DNA from: Spirochaetaceae bacterium
GTDB lineage: Bacteria > Spirochaetota > Spirochaetia > DSM-2461
Direction of reading: 5' to 3'
DNA: 64,000 nucleotides
NCBI GenBank assembly: GCA_965224705.1
Contig: OZ245056.1
Coordinates: 1,216,001 to 1,280,000, forward strand
Under the pieces are notes generated by a model that saw nothing but the letters and a program-made list of their open reading frames with translations, was not told where the DNA came from and did not search any database. The translations under genes were made by a program, and so were the position numbers. Each line of letters starts with the position of its first letter. The stretch's first letter is position 1. Shown here piece after piece: positions 31,401-40,705 of the stretch.

Positions 31401-31785
31401 CTTTGAGGAACACCACGAACTGGTAAAAATAGGACTGGAACACATAAAAGGCACTGAGGCAAAAATTGGAGGACAGCTTGGGAAAAAAAGCGGTGTCCGT
31501 TATAAAACCTATATGAGGCTCAAAACCTTTCTTGATTTAGGGCAAGATTCCTTATGGGCTTCCAGCAATCTAAAAAGTACCATTCAGGCTATTTTTGACA
31601 ATCCACTGACCGATTACGCCAAAACCGCCATCAATCGCCAGATGAAAGCCAATATCAGTGATGAAAATCTGGCATCATTAGTAGAAACGCTGCACGAGGA
31701 AGGCCGTTTGTGCCTTTCCATAAATGAAAAAAGAAAATCAAAAGAGCCGCAGATTATTTGCTCTATGGGATTAAGGGGCAGCTAA
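28462..31785 (+). CDS. PLD-nuclease domain fused to an SNF2-like SF2 helicase
   Basis: HAKLYLAYKD...GSSNLT (PLD); GDVVGLGKT, IIDESHN, TATP, EGQNLQ, QRAGRVDRIG (SF2). Confidence 0.9.
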   Translation: MPVIYDNIDAYLESGLNKTLEKSWRSDFCIGYFNLRGWRRISKNIESLSGNDEFPACRLLIGMQRIIDDDIRSYYSGERAETIWQGEVNELKRKAAEQFRDQLVLGNPTNQDEAALRKLLVQLREKKVVVKLHLEHTLHAKLYLAYKDDFNSPIIGFVGSSNLTLSGISDQGELNVDVVEQDAARKLAAWFQDRWDKRWSLDISEELAQIIENSWASEKLMSPYHIYLKMAYHLSSEARAGITEFQLPKVFCDELLPFQQSAVKVAAHHLNRREGVLIGDVVGLGKTIIATALAKMFEDDFGLETLILCPKNLENMWEDYAHKYQLRANVIPISKAQNKLPHERRYRLVIIDESHNLRNREGRRYAVIKEYISKNDCKVILVTATPYNKSYLDLSSQLKLFLNEDYNLGISPEKYIDSIGGSVQYNAKHQSSETSLAAFEHSPYSEDWSELMRLFLVRRTRSFVKKNYAKTDETNGRCYLEFNNGNRFYFPERLPKKVEYKFNPKDTTDQYARLYSKNVVDSINKLSLPRYGLGQDKYKGNKKEFIATKEELQIQENLGRAGSQLIGFARTNLFKRLESSGHSFILSISRHILRNYLFFYAIENEQPFPIGKQEAGIIDEYLYTDSDMEGDSLNSLCTNSSEYMQKAEEFYKKLHDTDRYDWIRSQLFSETLKKELHQDCKRLMKIQELAQSWNSQEDRKLNALYDLVTQKHGKEKILIFTQYSDTAKYLENTLKSQGVEQLKSVDGNCEKPETVAYRFSPGTRIDSSLSTAQGIRVLIATDVLSEGQNLQDAHIVVNYDLPWAIIRLIQRAGRVDRIGQKNPEIYCYSFLPEDGIESIINLRSRLSQRISENAETVGSDEVFFEGDPINIADLYNEKSGILDEEDDLEVDLSSFAYQIWKDAIEENPSLEKKISELPRVVYATKNFIAQKDDSSIVYTKTAHENDIMAWVNKNGTIITSSQLQILKAVACEPDETPLERFEEHHELVKIGLEHIKGTEAKIGGQLGKKSGVRYKTYMRLKTFLDLGQDSLWASSNLKSTIQAIFDNPLTDYAKTAINRQMKANISDENLASLVETLHEEGRLCLSINEKRKSKEPQIICSMGLRGS

Positions 31786-31786
31786 A

Positions 31787-34700
31787 GTGGAAAAACAGTA
31801 CTACATTAAAAAGAAAGACTTCGCCAGACTTATTAGGGGTTTTAACTTTGCAAAATTGTTTAACGAATTTGGCTGGGACAGGTTTGAAAAAGCTCTCCCC
31901 ATCTCGCTGAATGAAAAAATCTATCAGCTCAAAGGAATTGCTGAAAAACGAGGGTTTACAGTTTTTAACTGTGGTTCATCGCCAGATGCTTTTCCAAAAA
32001 GTGCAGAACGGCGGAAAATTGAAAACAAACTGACTCCTTTTTATAATGAGCATCTGATTATCTACACAGCATCTGATAACAGCCGCCAAATATGGCAGCT
32101 CAAGATTCAGGAAAACAATAAACCAAAACAAATACATGAAGTACCCTGGTATCTGCATCAAGACACAGAAATATTATTCCAGCGACTGCGGAATATTTTT
32201 TTTACCCTGGAGGAAGAAGAGGATATCACCATCGTTGATGTACAAAGAAGAATCAGCGAAAATTTTGCAAAAAACACCGATAAAGTGACAAAAAAGTTTT
32301 ACGATGAATTCAAAATTCAGCACAGAGATTTTCTGAAATTTATCAATGGTATAGACGACAATCTCCCCAATCCAAACAACTCAAAAAAGCAGTGGTATGC
32401 TTCTCTCATGCTGAACCGATTGATGTTCTGCTACTTTATTCAGAAAAAGGGATTCCTGGATCAGGATATAAACTATCTGAAAAACAAGCTGAACGAATGC
32501 AGGGATTTATCAGGTTCAGATAACTTCTACGGCTTCTACAGAAGTTTTTTGCTCAGACTTTTTCATGACGGCCTGGGAAAACCAAAAGAAAAGCGTGAAG
32601 ATGTACCATCAATTGATATGGGAAAAGTTCCCTATTTGAACGGAGGACTGTTTGACATACACGAACTGGAAAAGCAGTTCAAAAAGATTAACATTCCAGA
32701 TGAGGCTTTTTCTAGAATTTTTTATTTTTTTGACCAGTGGAACTGGCATTTGGATACCAGAATTGAAGCCAGTGGAAAAGATATTAACCCCGATGTTCTG
32801 GGGCATATTTTTGAAAAATACATCAATGCCCGTGCCGATATGGGCGCCTACTACACCAAAGAGGATATTACAGGTTACATTGGCCGGAATACCATTATTC
32901 CCTTTCTCTTTGAGGAAACCCAAAGGCATTACTCTAGACCTTTCAAAAAAGGAGGGGAATTCACTGGTTTTGTCCAGGAAAGCGGCGATGCCTATATCTT
33001 TGATGCCGTAAAGAAAGCTGTCCCAAAGAGCGATATTTTCAGCGATCTACCGGAAGAAATAAAAGCCGGATTCAAGCCGGAAATGGAAAAACAGCTTGTA
33101 GCGGAATCAGAGAAACCCCATCTCTGGGAGCTGCGTAAGCCCTGGAATCGGTCAGCCCCTTCAAAAAAAGCACTGCCAACGGAAACCTGGCGGGAATTAA
33201 TTGCCCGCAGAAAACGTTGTCAGGAACTGCGGAAAAAAATCAACACCGGGCAAATTGAAAAAATCAACGATTTTATTACCTATAGCCTGGACATCTGTCA
33301 GTTTGCCCAGGACTACATTGCCAACACCGCCGATGCAAAATTTATCGGACATTTTTATCATGCTATCCAGAAAATAACTGTCCTTGACCCCACCTGCGGT
33401 TCGGGAGCTTTCCTTTTTGCCGCCTTGAATTTACTGGAACCCCTGTATGAAGAATGCATCACACGCATGGAGCAGTTTACCACAGAAGAAGAAGGTAAGC
33501 ATAAATTTTTTGAAGAAACACTAAGAGAGATTGATTCGGATAAGCACCCAAGCCTCAAATACTACATCTACAAAAGCATTATCCTTAACAACCTTTACGG
33601 TGTAGACATTATGAAAGAGGCCGCCGAAATTGCCAAGCTCCGTTTGTTTCTAAAGCTGGTAGCCACAGTAGACCCCAATCCTGCCAAAGAGAGTTATGGG
33701 CTGGAACCGCTGCCGGATATCGATTTTAACATAAAAGCAGGCAACACCCTGATTGGTTATTCTACCGAAGAAAAACTCAAAGAATCAATCGAAAAAAAAG
33801 ACGGCATGTTTGCCAAAAACAAGCTGGAAAAAATTGAAGAGGAATGCCAGCTAATAAGCCAGGCGTACCGCCGTTTTCAGGACTCCCAGCTAATCAGCGA
33901 TCAGGGAAGTAAAGACTTTGAAGAAGCCAAAACAAGCTTGAACAGAGCACTCTCCGAATTGAACCACAAACTCAATGGATATTTGTGTGCCGATTACGGT
34001 ATTCAGCAATGCGAAGAAATCGATGGAAAAGACGGCCAGTTTGAAGACCCGCAGAAAATGCGGGCCGTAACAAAAAAATATGACGATTGGCTCAAAAGCC
34101 ATCAGCCCTTTCATTGGTTTGCCGAGTTTTATCAAATTGTTGTCGCGAATGGCGGATTTGACGTGATTATTGGGAATCCGCCGTATGTGGAGTATAGTAA
34201 GGTTAAGAAGAAGTATAAAATTTCAAATTATGAAACTGAAAAATGTGGGAATTTATATGCAATGGTTTTTGAGCAATGTAGACTCTTATTATGTAAAAGT
34301 GGACACATTGGAATGATTGTTCAAAATTCAATAGCTTGTACTAAAAGGATGATTGGAGCGCAAAAACTTCTAGCAAATTACAATTTATATTATAGTCATT
34401 ATGATGATCGCCCAGCAAAATTATTTACTGGTATACATCATATGAAAGGGACAATCTTCTTAATTTCAAACAAAGGAAAAGCCAACAAGACATACTCAAC
34501 AAAATTTTATAGATGGCATGATGTATTAAGATATTCACTATTTCAATCAATAAAATATATAGAATATGATAAAAAAATATTACAAGAGGGGCATATTCCA
34601 AAATTATCAGAAAATATACATAGTACGATTACAAAGAAATACATCGGCTTGGGAAAAATCGATAAAAAAATAGAAAAACAAGGCCCTGTAATATATATAC

Positions 34701-35188
34701 ACAGAATAGCATCGTATTTCATTAAAGCATTACTAGAAATTCCTTATTTTTATAACGATGAGCAAGGGGTTAAGAAGTCCTCTGATTATAAGGTGTACAG
34801 CTTTAAAAGTAAAAATGAATCATATAAGTTTCTTGCATTATTTAACAGTACGTTTTTTTATATGTATTGGCATACATTTTATGATGGCTATCATTGTGGG
34901 AAGGAAAGTATAACGTTTTTTTTCTGTAGCAACTTACTGGGTAGCAATCTTAACGAGTTAGGAAAAAATATTGGAAAGGATCTAATTGCTAATTCAATCC
35001 GAAAAGAAACTTTATATAAATCAACCGGTAAAGTTATTTATGATGAATTTTATCCCAAAAAATCAAAACCAATCATCGACAAAATAGATACCGTTCTTGC
35101 TCAACACTATGGTTTCACCGAGGAAGAATTGGATTTCATCATCAACTACGATATAAAATACCGTATGGGAAAAGAGCTGAAGGATTAA
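31787..35188 (+). CDS. Eco57I-like N6-adenine DNA methyltransferase with C-terminal target-recognition region
   Basis: YLNGGLF, GAYYT, DPTCGSGAFL, LYGVDI, GNPPY. Confidence 0.92.
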   Translation: MEKQYYIKKKDFARLIRGFNFAKLFNEFGWDRFEKALPISLNEKIYQLKGIAEKRGFTVFNCGSSPDAFPKSAERRKIENKLTPFYNEHLIIYTASDNSRQIWQLKIQENNKPKQIHEVPWYLHQDTEILFQRLRNIFFTLEEEEDITIVDVQRRISENFAKNTDKVTKKFYDEFKIQHRDFLKFINGIDDNLPNPNNSKKQWYASLMLNRLMFCYFIQKKGFLDQDINYLKNKLNECRDLSGSDNFYGFYRSFLLRLFHDGLGKPKEKREDVPSIDMGKVPYLNGGLFDIHELEKQFKKINIPDEAFSRIFYFFDQWNWHLDTRIEASGKDINPDVLGHIFEKYINARADMGAYYTKEDITGYIGRNTIIPFLFEETQRHYSRPFKKGGEFTGFVQESGDAYIFDAVKKAVPKSDIFSDLPEEIKAGFKPEMEKQLVAESEKPHLWELRKPWNRSAPSKKALPTETWRELIARRKRCQELRKKINTGQIEKINDFITYSLDICQFAQDYIANTADAKFIGHFYHAIQKITVLDPTCGSGAFLFAALNLLEPLYEECITRMEQFTTEEEGKHKFFEETLREIDSDKHPSLKYYIYKSIILNNLYGVDIMKEAAEIAKLRLFLKLVATVDPNPAKESYGLEPLPDIDFNIKAGNTLIGYSTEEKLKESIEKKDGMFAKNKLEKIEEECQLISQAYRRFQDSQLISDQGSKDFEEAKTSLNRALSELNHKLNGYLCADYGIQQCEEIDGKDGQFEDPQKMRAVTKKYDDWLKSHQPFHWFAEFYQIVVANGGFDVIIGNPPYVEYSKVKKKYKISNYETEKCGNLYAMVFEQCRLLLCKSGHIGMIVQNSIACTKRMIGAQKLLANYNLYYSHYDDRPAKLFTGIHHMKGTIFLISNKGKANKTYSTKFYRWHDVLRYSLFQSIKYIEYDKKILQEGHIPKLSENIHSTITKKYIGLGKIDKKIEKQGPVIYIHRIASYFIKALLEIPYFYNDEQGVKKSSDYKVYSFKSKNESYKFLALFNSTFFYMYWHTFYDGYHCGKESITFFFCSNLLGSNLNELGKNIGKDLIANSIRKETLYKSTGKVIYDEFYPKKSKPIIDKIDTVLAQHYGFTEEELDFIINYDIKYRMGKELKD

Positions 35189-36346
35189 ATGAAACCAAAA
35201 TTAACAATCAATCCAAATGTTCTCAAATGGGCAAGAGAGGCTGTATCTCTATCACCGAAAGAGGTTGTATCCAAAATCAAAAGAGCCAGCTTTAACGAGG
35301 AAACACTAAACCGCCTTGAACGGGGTGAAGAGTATCCCGATTGGGTCCTGGCCGAAACTCTGGCGAAACTCTATGGCATTAATACTGCTGTTTTATACCT
35401 TCCTCATATTCCTCAAAACATACAGCCATTGAAGGACTTCAGAACCGTTTCCGAATCCTTTGGCCGGGATTCAGTTCTATTTATGAGAACCATTCAGGAA
35501 AAACAGGCATGGATGAGCAATTATAGAAAATCACAAGGATATGATGCCTATGATTTTGTTGGGAGCTTGTCGCTGATCTCTGAACTGCAGGAATTTCAGC
35601 AATTTTTTGAACGTTCCTTGAAAATAAACTTTTCTGCCTATTGGGGGAAAAAAAATCCGAGCGATCCATTAAAAGACTTCATCGCCCTAACGCAGGACTA
35701 TGGAATCAGTGTATCCCACACCTATGGAACACACGGAAAAGCCGTGCTTGATGTTGAAGAAATTCGAGGCTTTGCCATCGCCGATGCCTACGCCCCTTTT
35801 ATTTTTATCAATAGCCAGGATTCAAAAAAAGCACAAGTATTTACCTTTGTTCATGAGATCATTCATCTCTTGATAGGAGAATCCGGCGTTTCAGACGCAT
35901 CCTCAAAAAACCGGCATAGAATTGAGCGGTTCTGCAATCACATAACAGCCGATTTGTTAATGCCCCGAAGCGGCATATTGGATAGCATCTGTGATTTTTC
36001 AAGCGAGGATGGGATCCGCTGTGCTGCTGATTATTTTCAGGTGAGTATGAAGGCACTGCTCATACGGCTCAAGACCCTTGGGATTCTTTTTAATGATGAT
36101 TTCAATGCTTATTACGGTAAGGCCGGACAATTCGATGCGCCTATTACTGAAAAAGACAAAAAGAAAGATTCCGGGGGGCCCTCATGGTTCCTCATGCGGT
36201 CATTACTCAATGGAAAACCTTTTTCTCAAGCGGTTATTACAGCCTACAGCAACAACGATATTTCAACCAGAGAAATGAGTACACTTCTCCAGATAAAACA
36301 CGAGAAATTATCTAACTACATTGAAAAGGGGGCAATCTATGGATGA
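35189..36346 (+). CDS. XRE-HTH fused to ImmA/IrrE (M78) metallopeptidase
   Basis: INPNVLKWARE, DFRT, FIFINSQDS, FTFVHEIIH (HExxH), ERFCN. Confidence 0.9.
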   Translation: MKPKLTINPNVLKWAREAVSLSPKEVVSKIKRASFNEETLNRLERGEEYPDWVLAETLAKLYGINTAVLYLPHIPQNIQPLKDFRTVSESFGRDSVLFMRTIQEKQAWMSNYRKSQGYDAYDFVGSLSLISELQEFQQFFERSLKINFSAYWGKKNPSDPLKDFIALTQDYGISVSHTYGTHGKAVLDVEEIRGFAIADAYAPFIFINSQDSKKAQVFTFVHEIIHLLIGESGVSDASSKNRHRIERFCNHITADLLMPRSGILDSICDFSSEDGIRCAADYFQVSMKALLIRLKTLGILFNDDFNAYYGKAGQFDAPITEKDKKKDSGGPSWFLMRSLLNGKPFSQAVITAYSNNDISTREMSTLLQIKHEKLSNYIEKGAIYG

Positions 36347-36791
36347 TTATTGCATGGATTCCAACTTTTTCATTGAATTTAGTAAAAGCCATCCTGTTGA
36401 CCTGTATCAAGCATTTTGGGATTTACTCAACGAGCTAATAGAAGAAAAAACCATTTTTATCCCGAAAGTCGTGTGGGATGAGATTTCAAGTAATTCCACA
36501 GTATCATCTTCTATAAATAAAACGGGAATAATACGAGACTTTACGCAGGAAACCGACACACAGATGCAAAAAATCATGCAAGACCCCACCATGCAAAATA
36601 TGATTGACAATAAAAGTCTCAAAAATGGAGCTGATCCTTTTGTTATTGCTTATGCTTTGGCCTATAATGCCACTCTGGTTGCAAACGATGGCGGCGTAAA
36701 GGAATACTGCCGCAAAAAAGAGATTAAATGCATTGGGCGTAATGATTTTTTAAGAGAGCTAAAAGTATCATTTAGCGTACAGCGGGGCTGA
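36339..36791 (+). CDS. DUF4411-family PIN-like protein
   Basis: YCMDSNFFI, FW, VWDEI, ADPFVIAYA; overlaps the peptidase gene. Confidence 0.85.
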   Translation: MDDYCMDSNFFIEFSKSHPVDLYQAFWDLLNELIEEKTIFIPKVVWDEISSNSTVSSSINKTGIIRDFTQETDTQMQKIMQDPTMQNMIDNKSLKNGADPFVIAYALAYNATLVANDGGVKEYCRKKEIKCIGRNDFLRELKVSFSVQRG

Positions 36792-36795
36792 GCCT

Positions 36796-37269
36796 ATGTT
36801 CTACAGGGGAAACAGGGATTTATTAGCTCTGAATAAAACAGGTTTTCTTTGTTCCAGGAAAATCCCGGCCAATGCTGTTCTAAAGAGTTATGAATGGGCA
36901 AAGAATGCCCGAAAAGAAGGCACTTGTGTTATCTGCGGGAATCATTCGCAACTTGAAAAAGATGTCTTTCAAATCTTGTTAAAGGGAAAACAACCAATCG
37001 TTCTCTGTTTAGCAAGAACGCTTTACAGCCGTTGGGATGCAGTGATTGAAGAGTCTATTCAGAGCGGGCGGCTTCTGGTCATTTCACCGTTTGATTCATC
37101 CATAAAACGGATAAGCCGAATCACAGCAGAAAAAAGAAATCGTTTGATTATGGAACTCTCTGACGATATTGTGGTGGGTTATGTTGGCGAAGGCGGGCTG
37201 TTAGAAAAACTATTGCGCGAGAAGGTCTATACAACATTGATTGAGCACACCCCGCCAGTGCCCACTTAA
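36796..37269 (+). CDS. Short DprA/SMF (SLOG-fold) protein
   Basis: YRGNRDLL, FLCSRK, HSQLEKD, LVISPF, AEKRNRLI; no SAM or winged-helix domain. Confidence 0.8.
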   Translation: MFYRGNRDLLALNKTGFLCSRKIPANAVLKSYEWAKNARKEGTCVICGNHSQLEKDVFQILLKGKQPIVLCLARTLYSRWDAVIEESIQSGRLLVISPFDSSIKRISRITAEKRNRLIMELSDDIVVGYVGEGGLLEKLLREKVYTTLIEHTPPVPT

Positions 37270-37289
37270 CAGCCATATCTCCACGATCA

Positions 37290-37498
37290 ATAGCGAACGA
37301 ACCGAAGGCAATACGAAAGCTTTTGACCGGATATCCCAGCTGTGAATCTGAAAAATTTTTTGCGTAAAGATGCCCCAATTTCGTCCACAATATTTGCTTG
37401 CTGAGGACAATCTATCAATTATTTTCATACAAACGGCCGCCGAATGGCAGTCCAAAATCTTCCAGTTTCCTTTGATTTGTGTTTTCCTTGCGATACAT
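37290..37498 (-). pseudogene. IS5-family transposase N-terminal remnant
   Basis: MYRKENTNQRKLEDFGLPFGGRL...GYPVKSFRIAFGS with an internal stop. Confidence 0.7.
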
Positions 37499-37696
37499 GA
37501 TTCCTCCCTGGTGCAAGGGGGTTTGGAGATTTCGAGTTTTTTCCTTGCACTTGAGGACATTTTAGATACATTCAAGTCTTTTGAGAATATCTCCTTTGTT
37601 CAAACGCACAACATAATCTGTTTCGCGCATTATTTTCTCTCCCATTATTCTAATGATCGGCATATCCAATGTAGATTTTTAGCCTTGAAGGGATAC

Positions 37697-38903
37697 TAGT
37701 GTTAAGTTAACTTGAACATGACGGTATCATGTTGTATACTTTACCTGAACAGGAGGTTGTTATGGCAAAGTATACGATTAAACTTTCCAAAACTGAAGTT
37801 GAAGAATTGACAGCAATTATTCATAAAGGGAGGCATACATCGCAGGCCTTTCGCACTGCATATGTCCTACTAAATTGTGATAAGGGAGAGTATTCTCAGG
37901 ATACTTTTGTTAGCAATGCTGAGATTAGTAAAATATTGAGAATCGGAGATCGAACCATCGACCGGATTAAAAAGAAGTTTTTTGAAGACGGATTTGAAGG
38001 CGTATTGGAACGTCATCCTTCACTGCAAAATTACACAAAGAAAATGGATGGCGACCTGGAAGCAAAGCTTGTGGCCCTGTGCTGCAGTGAACCACCAGAA
38101 GGCTACGCTAAATGGAGTCTAAGGTTATTGGCAGATAAACTGGTGGAACTAAATTATGTCGAGAGTATTTCCCATGTTTCCGTTCGAAGAGCTTTAAAAA
38201 AAACGAACTTAAACCCTGGAAAGTAAAAGGTTGGGTAATCCCGCCAAAACAAAACAGTGAATTTGTGGCCAATATGGAGCATGTGCTGGATGTCTACAAA
38301 CGCCCCTACAACAACAAAATTCCGGTTGTCTGCATGGATGAGTCTCCAAAGCAATTGATCGAAAATGTTGCTACCCAGGCGATAAAACCGGGGAATGAGC
38401 GCAGGGTTGATTATGAATATATCCGTCATGGCATGGTTAATATATTCATGGCTAATGAACCTCTGAAAGGATCACGCATAGTGGAGGTGACGAAAACCAA
38501 AACAAAAAAGATTGGGCTCATTTCATGAAAAAGGTTTCAAAATCTTATCCCGATGCGGATAGAATCTGTATAGTAATGGATAATTTTAAAACCCACAACG
38601 CATCGGCTTTTTATGAGACTTTTGACCCCGAAGAAGCACGAATACTACGAGAACGTTTTGATTTTGTATACACTCCCAAACATGGTTCCTGGTTGAATAT
38701 GGCAGAAATTGAATTACATGTATTAAACCATCAATGCCTGAATAGGCATATACCTGAGCAAAGCAAGGTTGAAAGTGAAGTAAAAGCATGGGAGCAGACA
38801 AGAAACGCAAAAGTAGCAACGATAAACTGGCAATTTACAAATGAAAAGGCAAGGGTAAAACTAAATCGTTTGTATCCGTCATTACATGATTAACATAACA
38901 CTA
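37697..38903 (+). mobile_element. IS630-family element
   Basis: TIRs TAGTGTTAAGTTAA / TTAACATAACACTA (13/14) in CTAG; slippery A8 at ~38196; DDE motifs; extra frameshift near 38505. Confidence 0.92.
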
Positions 38904-39063
38904 GGAGTCTGTCGGACTTAAGGCTCCAAGGCGATTTCTGATGATTTTTCTCCGATACAAGGCACAAAAGCGGAGCGTAGCTGGGCTGCGTGAGCATTTT
39001 GGCAACGAAGTAGCAGTGGTAAAGATCAAGCCAGAAACGGAATGGGTGTTTTTTAGAGGGCCC
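38904..39063 (+). mobile_element. MITE copy with hybrid ends
   Basis: Left end GGAGTCTGTCGGACTT; right end GTGTTTTTTAGAGGGCCC matches the alternative end at 43109. Confidence 0.8.
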
Positions 39064-39123
39064 TTGAGATTGTAAAACATTGAAAAAGGAGTAAGAATGG
39101 CAAAGAAACAGGAGTGAGGAGCG

Positions 39124-39549
39124 ATGAAAAGAATATTCTTCGGCTTGTTTGCCGCATTGACCGTAACAGCTTACGCCGACTCATTCGGAGATATTCAGGG
39201 AGTAAAGCTTATCCGCGTTTATGATGGTGATACATTTTTCGTGAATATACCGGGAGTACACCCCCTTCTTGGCGATGAGATCGGCATCCGGGTACGGGGC
39301 ATTGACACGCCGGAAATACGGGCGAAGTGCGATGAGGAAAAAAAGATGGCTTATGAGGCCCGCCGGATGGCGGAGGATGTTCTGCACGGAGCGGCCCGCA
39401 TTGATCTTGTGGATGTGGAGCGGGGCAAGTATTTTCGGATTGTAGCCACTGTATTGGCCGACGGCGTTAGTCTGGGAACAAGCCTTATTGATGCTTCTCT
39501 TGCGGTACCCTATAACGGCAAGGGTAAGACGCACGATTGGTGTGAATAA
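39124..39549 (+). CDS. Thermonuclease (SNase) family protein, secreted
   Basis: Signal peptide; VYDGDT, RVRGIDTPE, GKYFR. Confidence 0.9.
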   Translation: MKRIFFGLFAALTVTAYADSFGDIQGVKLIRVYDGDTFFVNIPGVHPLLGDEIGIRVRGIDTPEIRAKCDEEKKMAYEARRMAEDVLHGAARIDLVDVERGKYFRIVATVLADGVSLGTSLIDASLAVPYNGKGKTHDWCE

Positions 39550-39608
39550 AGCCATTTTTATTAATGAAAGACCTGCCCATCATCGGAAAACGGAGTGCTC
39601 CCGCAGAA

Positions 39609-40643
39609 TTACATTAGCTTTCCTATCAAGTCAGTAAAGGCATCTACCTGAGCTTCATCCGTGGCCCAGGAAGTAACCATCCGAATAACGGAATTCTGTT
39701 CATCAATGCTGTCCCATATATAGAATTCAAATTTGTCTTGCAGGGATTCAATGACGCTATTTGGCAGGACTGGAAATATCTGGTTGCTTTCTGTGGGGGT
39801 TCTAAGAATACAGCCTGCCCCAACCAGTGCGTCCGAAAGTTTCTGTGCCATCGCATTTGCATGACGAGTAAGTTCAAAAAAGAGGTTATCCGAGAATAGT
39901 TCTCGAAACTGAATGCCCAGCAGCCTTCCTTTGGCCAGAAGAGCACCGCGCTGTTTTATGTGAAAGGAAAAATCATCGGCCAGTTTTTCGTTAGGAATTA
40001 CTATGGCTTCACCCAGCAAAGCTCCCGCCTTGGTGCCGCCAATCCAAAAAATATCCGTATATTCTGAAACTTCTCCCAGGGTCAGGTCATTGACTCTTGA
40101 TGACAGGGCCACGCCTAATCTGGCTCCATCCAGTAACAGAAACAGTCCATTTGCCCTGCAAATCTCTGACAGACTTTGCAACTCTGCTCTGGTATAAACG
40201 GTGCCCGCTTCTGTTGCGTTAGAAATATAGACAAGACGGGGCCTGGCCATATGGGGGAAGTGAGCATTGTCGGCTATCGCTTTTTCGATATCACCGGAAC
40301 CTAATTTGCCGTCCTCGGAGGCTATCGTGATAATTTTATGTCCCGTAGCTTCTACTGCCCCGGTTTCTCTGACTGCAATATGTCCTGTAAACGGGGCTAT
40401 AACCGCCTCGTGCGATCGGAGAACGCTCGCAGCAATAATTATGTTGGCAAGTGTGCCGCCCGCAACAAAATGAATGGGAATATCTGGCCGACCCAGATGT
40501 CTGCGTATTAAACTTCTGGCTTGCTCAGAATACTCATCACTTCCATAGGCCGTCTGCTGCAGCAGATTTGTGCCTGTCAATGCTTCAAGAATACCTGGGT
40601 GACACCCCTCGCTATAGTCGTCTAGAAAGCTGTACTTGCACAT
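39609..40643 (-). CDS. Low-specificity threonine aldolase family (PLP) enzyme
   Basis: DYSEG, ETGA, LDGARL, GGTK. Confidence 0.9.
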   Translation of the reverse strand: MCKYSFLDDYSEGCHPGILEALTGTNLLQQTAYGSDEYSEQARSLIRRHLGRPDIPIHFVAGGTLANIIIAASVLRSHEAVIAPFTGHIAVRETGAVEATGHKIITIASEDGKLGSGDIEKAIADNAHFPHMARPRLVYISNATEAGTVYTRAELQSLSEICRANGLFLLLDGARLGVALSSRVNDLTLGEVSEYTDIFWIGGTKAGALLGEAIVIPNEKLADDFSFHIKQRGALLAKGRLLGIQFRELFSDNLFFELTRHANAMAQKLSDALVGAGCILRTPTESNQIFPVLPNSVIESLQDKFEFYIWDSIDEQNSVIRMVTSWATDEAQVDAFTDLIGKLM

Positions 40644-40705
40644 TTTTTCCTCCTTTTTCTACAGTGTCAGCACCGATGCTGGTAGAGGAGTTAGCGTCTC
40701 TCTCA

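Noticed and set aside
28462..35188. Calling the locus DISARM or BREX
   Set aside because: No DrmA/DUF1998 or PglZ/BrxC genes are present.
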